Positions 49,879-57,028 of a stretch of 57,028 nucleotides of DNA are shown here, piece by piece. Under the pieces are notes generated by a model, which saw only the letters and a list, made by a program, of their open reading frames with translations, searched no databases and was not told the origin of the DNA. The position numbers and the translations under genes were made by a program. The stretch is from Octopus bimaculoides (lineage: Eukaryota): positions 87,037,747 to 87,094,774 of the forward strand of contig NC_068987.1 in NCBI RefSeq assembly GCF_001194135.2, read 5' to 3'. Within the stretch, counting starts at the first letter, position 1, and each line of letters starts with the position of its first letter.

Positions 49879-50295
49879 TCTTTTATTCTTTTATTTGTTT
49901 CAGTCATTTGACTGTGGCCATGCTGGAGCACCGCCTTTAGTCGAGCAAATCGATCCCAGAACTTATTCTTTGTAAGCCTAGTACTTATTCTATCGGTCTC
50001 TTTTGCCGAACTGCTAGGTTGCGGGGACGTAAACACACCAGCATTGGTTGTCAAGTGATGTTGGGGAACAAACACAGGCACACAAACATACACGCACACA
50101 TATGTATACATATATACATATTTTATATACGACGGTCTTCTTTCAGTTTCCGTCTACCAAATCCACTCACAAGGCTTTTTGGTCGGTCTGAGGCTATAGT
50201 AGAAGACACTTGCCCAAGGTGCCGCGCAGTGGGACTGAACCCGGAACCATGTGCTTGATAAGAAAGCTACTTACCACACAGCCACTCCTACGCCT
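49879..50295 (-). mobile_element. SINE family B
   Basis: Full-length reverse-complement copy. Confidence 0.92.
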
Positions 50296-50347
50296 ATGTT
50301 GTTATTATCATTATTATTATCATCATCATCATCATTATTATTATTAT

Positions 50348-50496
50348 AATTCAGGTCACTGACTGCTTGGAATCGAATTTGGAATCTTAGGGTTAGTAAC
50401 CCGCGCTCTTAACCACTACGAAACGTTGTGTTAACAACAAACAAGATGAGGACAAATATCCGTCAAATGTAAACAATGTAAATAATGTAAATAATG
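50348..50496. mobile_element. Family D copy 4: tRNA-like head (minus) fused to the post-GAAA tail (plus)
   Basis: 50348-50420 is the reverse complement of CGTAGTGGTTAAGAGCGCGGGTTACTAACCCTAAGATTCCAAATTCGATTCCAAGCAGTCAGTGACCTGAAT. It is followed by CGAAACGTTGTGTTAACAACAAACAAGATGAGG. Confidence 0.75.
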
Positions 50497-50855
50497 ATCT
50501 TTAAAGTATCCCTTTGAGAAATGAAAACTTACAATGTTGTGAAATAAGAATGTGCTTTCGCGTGTTTTCTTTGATAAGTTTAAACAATATTTCCGTCGAT
50601 TCTTTAGACAACCTTGGAAAGAATTTGATCGAGAGTTAAAGGTGGAAATATAGAGCGGAAGACGAGATGCCTACAGTAAAGGAAAGTCGTATCGAATGAG
50701 CTGTGGGTTTCGAGCAAAGATCATGTTGAAAGAAATAGTAAGAGATATATTTTTAATAACAAAAATGTTAAACTGTTTCAGGTCTTAATATCATTTTTGA
50801 TTAAGCCATTTTGGGTTTTATACATGCACACACACACACACACACACGCATATAC

Positions 50856-50913
<58 letters not shown>

Positions 50914-50934
50914 ATATATACATATATATGTATT

Positions 50935-50976
<42 letters not shown>

Positions 50977-52334
50977 NNNNNNNNNNATATATATATATAT
51001 ATATATAAATAGATAAAGTAGATAGATAGAAAGCGGGAGAAGGAGAAAGAGAAAACTCACTTGTATATCATTGTATGAAAGATATATATATAAGAATGAT
51101 ATTATTTGCAAGCCAAGTTAATAAAATATATTAAGAAAATACACAAGATGATAAAAAAAATAAGAATACTGATGAATATAATTCATAAGCGAAACTAGTG
51201 TTTCAAAGTATTTTAAGCTTTTTTTTTTTTCTCTCCGTAGAAAAAATCGGAGATTGTTAATTTAAAACCTTTGATCTGTTGTCTTGTTGATTCATCAAAA
51301 AATCTAAATCAAAGCGAAGAAAATTTTTGTTGCATACACAAAAGGCGCTTGGAAGGCAATATTTCCTGTTTAAAAAGACCTCCAAATCTTCATGCATGTC
51401 TTTTATATCTGTTCAACCGTATCTAAAGCATGAATAGATTAAAAGACAATAGATGAACTATTTTGGCGCCAGCTTCATTGATAGTAATGTTTCCCTACAA
51501 TTGTTTCCAATATGGCAACTCATGCGACGATACCTACGTACCCGTCTCCACAAGCACTATGGAAGCAGCAATGCTGCAGCCATCGATAGCGTTGCTACTG
51601 TGGCATTTACTATCATCACTATTTTATCTTGACTATTTTAATCGTAGTTATTATTTTTATTATGTTTTGGTGTTTATATTAGAGATGAGGCTGTCGATGA
51701 AGTTGATATATGCATAGATTTATGACGCCTTTGATTGCAAAGACGGAAACTAGTGCCAAAACGATGGCAACAATAATATGAGGACCAATGTACATATATA
51801 TACAAGCGTATGTATACATATATAAATAGGACATATATAAATGTGTATGCGTATGAGAGAGAGAGAGAGAGAGTGAGAGAGAGAGTGTGTGAGAGGGTGT
51901 GAGAGAGAGAGTGTGTGAGAGAGAGAGAGTGTGTGTGTGTGTGTGTAACTTTATACATGAATATAGAAAATTACACAGAAAGATAGATGCATATGTAATT
52001 TTTTATTTTTTTATCCAATTATAAATTCATATTTATACATATATAAGTATGTATGTATATATGTGTGTCTGTATGTGCGTGTGTGTGTGAGAGAGAGTGT
52101 GAATGTGCATGTGCGTGTGTGTATTTGTGTGTGCTTGTGTGTTTGTCTATGTATGTATGTATGTATATTGAAGAATTCAGATTTATTCTATGGAAAGACG
52201 AAATATTCAGACGTTGTTTTATTAACTTTGCCTTTTGTATATTATTGATCTGATGGGAAATGAGATCCTTTCACGAACAAAAGTTATGGCCATATATAAC
52301 TTGCAAGCGAGCTGGACGGACGGACGGACGGACG

Positions 52335-52389
<55 letters not shown>

Positions 52390-52390
<1 letters not shown>

Positions 52391-53195
52391 TCTTTTTATT
52401 ATAGCCACACAGGGCTAAATACAGAAAATGGACAAATTACAATGTAGAGCTTTTCTTTGGGGGGTGATAATTTTGATCNNNNNNNNNNNNNNNNNNNNNN
52501 NNNNNNNNNNNNNNNNNNNNNNNNNNNNNNNNNNNNNNNNNNNNNNNNNNNNNNNNNNNNNNNNNNNNNNNNNNNNNNNNNNNNNNNNNNNNNNNNNNNN
52601 NNNNNNNNNNNNNNNNNNNNNNNNNNNNNNNNNNNNNNNNNNNNNNNNNNNNNNNNNNNNNNNNNNNNNNNNNNNNNNNNNNNNNNNNNNNNNNNNNNNN
52701 NNNNNNNNNNNNNNNNNNNNNNNNNNNNNNNNNNGGAAAAAACGGGGGGCGGCGATCAATGTAAAAAAAAACGGGGAACAGATTAGGTTTACCCGTGGAG
52801 AGAAAAGCCTACGGAAAAGACCACGGTCACCTCAGGCTCCTTTTTTTAAAGGTACATGAAAGTAAGTACCTTCTCGCTTTTTGTCTCTTTTTGTTACAAG
52901 TCTATGCTTAAAATGGTGTCGTCTTTCATTCTTACCATTCTTGCCACATTTACCCATTTTTTATTGAAACTTTCATTCGACAACACTTTCCTCTCTATCC
53001 TCATCCTCCTTTTCAAGTGGTACTTGAAAAAGTTGACGAGGGACTGACCAGAGAGGAAAGTGTTTGTTTGTAGACCTTTCAAACGCGTCCACCACACGCA
53101 TTCTTTTGCCATAGCTATCAGTGTTACAAAAACTGTTTTCCCTTCCCGTTTAAACAAAGGTGGCGGAACAATATTCACGATAGACTCGAGATAGA
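52390..53195 (-). mobile_element. Tx1/L1-type LINE 3' end in GATA/GACA microsatellite
   Basis: [38 protein letters not shown]...FFKYHLKRRMRIER...KKWV (52894-53190), then AATAAA directly before (GTCT)n. Clade assignment is by motif recollection only. Confidence 0.65.
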
Positions 53196-53197
53196 TT

Positions 53198-53249
<52 letters not shown>

Positions 53250-53317
53250 CACACACACACACACATACATACATACATACATACATACACAGACAGACAG
53301 ACAGACAGACAGACAAT

Positions 53318-53360
<43 letters not shown>

Positions 53361-53755
53361 ACAGGCAGATGAAAATAGATACGCGAAATTCCATATCCTA
53401 TTCAAAACCTATTCAAATCTTCCTCAGTTATTCTTAAAACAATGGCAATTAGGTGAATAGCAATGTTACGTAAACAGACACGTCCATAAAATCCTATTAC
53501 CATTCCAAGATTACAGTAGTAATTATCAATGACGCGATGCGATTCCTCTCTAAAAGGTTACTGTATAATTATCAGTTCAATTTTAAGATGCTCAACGTAA
53601 ATATAAGGAAGAAGTATATTATTAAGTGACTAAGTGTTTTATTCATAGCTGCAGAGATTCTTTAAAACACTTTATAGTCTAAATGCGTGCAACGTCATTT
53701 ACAAAGAATCGACAACGCAGTTTGAAGTATTGATGTTTTTGCATAAATGAAATTA

Positions 53756-53912
53756 AGCCTTGGCTGTGTGATAAGAAATATACTTGCCAAACATATGGTC
53801 CCGGGTTCGGTCTACTGCGTGACAACGTGGGCAGGTGTCTACAACTATGGCCTCGGACCGACCAAAAGATTGTGGGTCGAAGAAGCCCGTCGTATATATA
53901 TATATATATATA
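53756..53912 (+). mobile_element. SINE family B, 5' half ending in its (TA)n tract
   Basis: Head and Meta-like domain remnants. Confidence 0.8.
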
Positions 53913-53913
53913 T

Positions 53914-54270
53914 ACTCTTTTACTCTTTTACTTGTTTCAATCATTTGACTGCGGCCATGCTGGAGCACCGCCTTTAGTCGAGCAAATCGACCCCAGGACT
54001 TATTCTTTGGAAGCCTAGTACTTATTCTATCGGTCTCCTTTGCCGAACCGCTAAGTTACGGGGACGTAAACACACCACCATCAGTTGTCAAGCGATGTTA
54101 GAGGGACAAACGCAGACACACAAACACACATATATATATATATATACGACGGGCTTCTTTCAGTTTCCGTCTACCAAATCCACTCACAAGGCTTTGGTCG
54201 GCCCGAGACTATAGTAGAAGACAATTGCCCAAGCTGTCATGCAGTGGGACTGAACCCGGAACCATGTGGT
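53914..54270 (-). mobile_element. SINE family B abutting the (TA)n of the previous copy, opposite orientation
   Basis: Near full-length reverse-complement copy. Confidence 0.92.
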
Positions 54271-54867
54271 TGGATCCCTTTCATATTGGTTTAAAACGAC
54301 ATAAAATCTCTGAGAGACGTGTTCAGTGTAGGAATAAACTATATGCTCAGCAGGTTAATTCAGATAACTACAGCAGAAGCTTAGATTCATCCAAATATAG
54401 TTGAATTATTTTCGATACATATTTTGCATACGTCTTTATTGCTAACATTAATATGAAGTATCGGTTACAGATTAATAAATTTGTTGGCCGAAATTTCATC
54501 GTAACATTGACAACACTGACAGTAAGAGAGAATGGAACTTTATGACAAAAAAAAAAGTTAGAGCAATTTATATTTCAAAATTATCACGGAATATTAATAC
54601 CTGTATTATTGAATATTCGAGCGTTTCAATAAATATCTTTTAATGATTTCTGTTGAAATTTTAGTTTGTTGTTATTTTTGGATTTTAAATAACTCCAGGA
54701 TATTAAAGTTTTGGATATTTAAACTATTATTCCATTATTAACGCTTTCTGAATATTTGATCTGAAAATATCCACTTCAAACAATATATGGCGTCTGTAGT
54801 ATCAATTTAATAGCTATGCTTATTATTTCAGGTCTTTACTAATGTATTCATAATTAGCTGCTTTCAG

Positions 54868-54918
54868 GTCTCATCAGCATAAATCTAATCAATGCTGGAC
54901 ATTATTTCACACATGAGA
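54868..54918 (+). CDS. Candidate 51-nt symmetric exon (GLISINLINAGHYFTHE)
   Basis: CTGCTTTCAG acceptor and GA|GTGAGT donor; only phase 1 is open. A possible next exon at 54996-55018 adds NKVTIKR*. Confidence 0.3.
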
Positions 54919-55134
54919 GTGAGTAGCGCAATATGTTATAAGTGTAGCTTCAAATTAATAGTTCGACAGTCGCAACAGCTGCATGTAATATTCAGATAAA
55001 GTAACAATCAAGAGATAAACTTGTTTTTCTACAACAGCTACAACTAATTGTTTGGAAGGAAACATCTTAAATTTACTTATTACTAATTTAAATTTTTCTT
55101 CCATCTATTCATCCATCCATCCATACATACATAT

Positions 55135-56630
55135 TCCAACCGGAATAAATGACATTTGGACCACAGAACTCTATGCATTCAATAAAACAGTGGCCCACAA
55201 TGTGTTTATAGTGCCAGTACTCATTACAAAATATGGTCTGCTTGATTAGACGCTTGATGAGATCGGAGCTGTTGATGTGAAAACCCGGAAAATACTAACA
55301 AGTACACACAATTTCCACATAAACAGTGACGTAGATCGCCTCTACCTAAAACGAAAGCAAGGCGGCAGAGGCTTAACATCGATCCAAAATTCCTTTGAAT
55401 GTCGTACCAGATCCCTACGGCAACATCCTTTAACCACCATGTGTTGAAGTGCATCCCTTGACCAAGCTAGCATACACGAGGCTGATAACATTAGAAGACT
55501 TGGAAGACATCTTGAGCAGTATTCTTTGTCTGATAACCTTAAGTACATGCACAAAGAGGTCGCATGGCTCTACTGCAACATATTATTAGATGAAAGGATG
55601 AGCCTCTATGAGCAGAGGACAATGCATGTATATGTTAATAGAAAGCTTCGAGATGACAGTAACAGTAATCATCAAAGCAGTCTATCATGGACCAATAACC
55701 GAGTCACTACCTCCCACTTTGAAAGGTATGCGTTTGCAATCCAGGAACAGGAAATGTCAACCAAGTAACACATGCACAAAAGGGATAGAGATGAAGAATA
55801 AGCAGCAAAATATGACAATCACCGAAGACTTTGTCAAATTAACAGCGAAGATATCACACACATCATAAGCAGTTGTCTGAAAATGTCATCACGGTATTAT
55901 CTATCGATGAGACGTGATGTTGTAACTGGGACACTCTGTGATGAAATCCGTCGGAAGGATAATCCCGAGGACAATGAAATAAGAACCCGCAGTATGGTAG
56001 AAGCTATGGCCACTCATAATAAAAAGGAGTACTGTTGGAATGTCCCAGAGAAAATCTCGTTAAAATGTAAGCTCAACACACCTGATATAATGATTTGGGA
56101 TAGAGAAGAGAAACTTTGTACAGTTGCAGAAATTAGCTGCTGAAGGGATGCTAACATAAAGCTGAAGATCAATGAAAAAGAGAACACTTATGCTGAACTA
56201 TTAAGATATCTGCAGTTACTCTATCCAGATTACAAGTTCCAGTTTATACCTGTAATTATTGGGGCACTGGAAGATGTTACGCCTTGCCTAAATACCAATC
56301 TTGAGAAGTTAGGTTTCTCAAAACCAGAAAAGAGAAAGCTGATTCGAAGACTACAGATCCAACCCATCACTGGAACTGTAAAAATCTGTAAAACTTTCCA
56401 GAAGCTTATCATTTAAGTATATATGAGTATGTCTAGATATGCAACTATATCCATGAGAATACATACATAAAACATACAAAATCTTCACGTACATACATAC
56501 ATACATACATACATACAAACAAAAATACCCTGTTGCTGATGTTGAAATTCCAACGAAGGAACCTTGGATCTAGGTTAGAAACCGGTTCTTACTCTATTGG
56601 CAAGAAATCTTGAAATAAACCGAATAATCA
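55135..56630 (+). mobile_element. R4/Dong-type LINE family 3, decayed 3' portion, in (CATA)n
   Basis: LYAFNKTVAHNVFIVPVL...NFHINSDVDRLYLKRKQGGRGL...AIQEQEMST...NTPDIMIWDREEKLCTVAEISC...IPVIIGALE, with many stops. CATA repeats lie at both ends and within the 3' UTR. Confidence 0.88.
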
Positions 56631-56648
56631 CATACATACATACATATA

Positions 56649-57028
56649 CAAGGAACTGTTCTGGGGCCACTACTGTTCATGGTGGCCCTTCTGGACATGC
56701 CCACGGTCACTCGGAGAGCCACTGTCACTAGCTATGCTGATGACACAAAGATATCTCAGGCAATAAAGAATCCTGATGATATTGTAAGCCTGCAGAATGA
56801 CCTAAATGCAATATATGAGTGGGCAGAGCAAAATAATATGCAGTTCAATACAAAAAAATTTCAAGTACTGCGCTACAAGACCACAAGTACCTCCCAACTG
56901 GCATACACAGGGCCTGGAGGTACTGCAATCCCAGAACCACAAACAGTAAGAGATCTGGGCATCAACATGTGTAGTGATGCATCATTTCACATGCACATTG
57001 TCAAGTTGACAGCAAAGTGCAGACAACT
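56649..57028 (+). mobile_element. CR1/L2-group LINE reverse transcriptase, 5'-truncated, runs off the window
   Basis: Uninterrupted frame QGTVLGPLLFMVALLDMP...SYADDTKI...LQNDLNAIYEWAEQNNMQFNTKKFQVLRY...VRDLGI. Confidence 0.92.

Noticed and set aside
51470-51600. Minus-strand ACGDGYVG...GNNCRET, reminiscent of an EGF-repeat exon
   Set aside because: Requires a frameshift and lacks the expected cysteine spacing.

Overview
This is AT-rich, gap-ridden metazoan genomic DNA with dense microsatellites. The SINE families point to an octopod cephalopod (inference, no database search). I found no complete protein-coding gene, rRNA, true tRNA or CRISPR array, and nearly all ORFs in the supplied track are microsatellite or N-run artefacts. 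The window is dominated by transposon relics: three abundant tRNA-derived SINE families (here A = Nin/Deu-domain-like, B = Meta-domain-like, C = CORE-like); three mariner fragments; a Tc1 element whose transposase carries a GT-AG intron; four fragments from three families of R4/Dong-type (restriction-like endonuclease) LINEs sitting in (TAA)n or (CATA)n; a Tx1/L1-type LINE end in GATA/GACA repeats; CR1/L2-type LINE pieces; and a Penelope-like (GIY-YIG) element. The most notable observations are: (1) several minimal type I hammerhead ribozyme motifs, one in a 350-bp non-coding retrozyme-like unit, one in the Penelope 3' region, and one in a four-copy non-autonomous family associated with a tRNA-like head; (2) a back-to-back inverted pair of paralogous 3'-terminal exon-like segments with identical acceptor-to-stop length; (3) a LINE 3' tail shared with SINE family B. 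A few short candidate exons hint at unidentified host transcripts but are low confidence.
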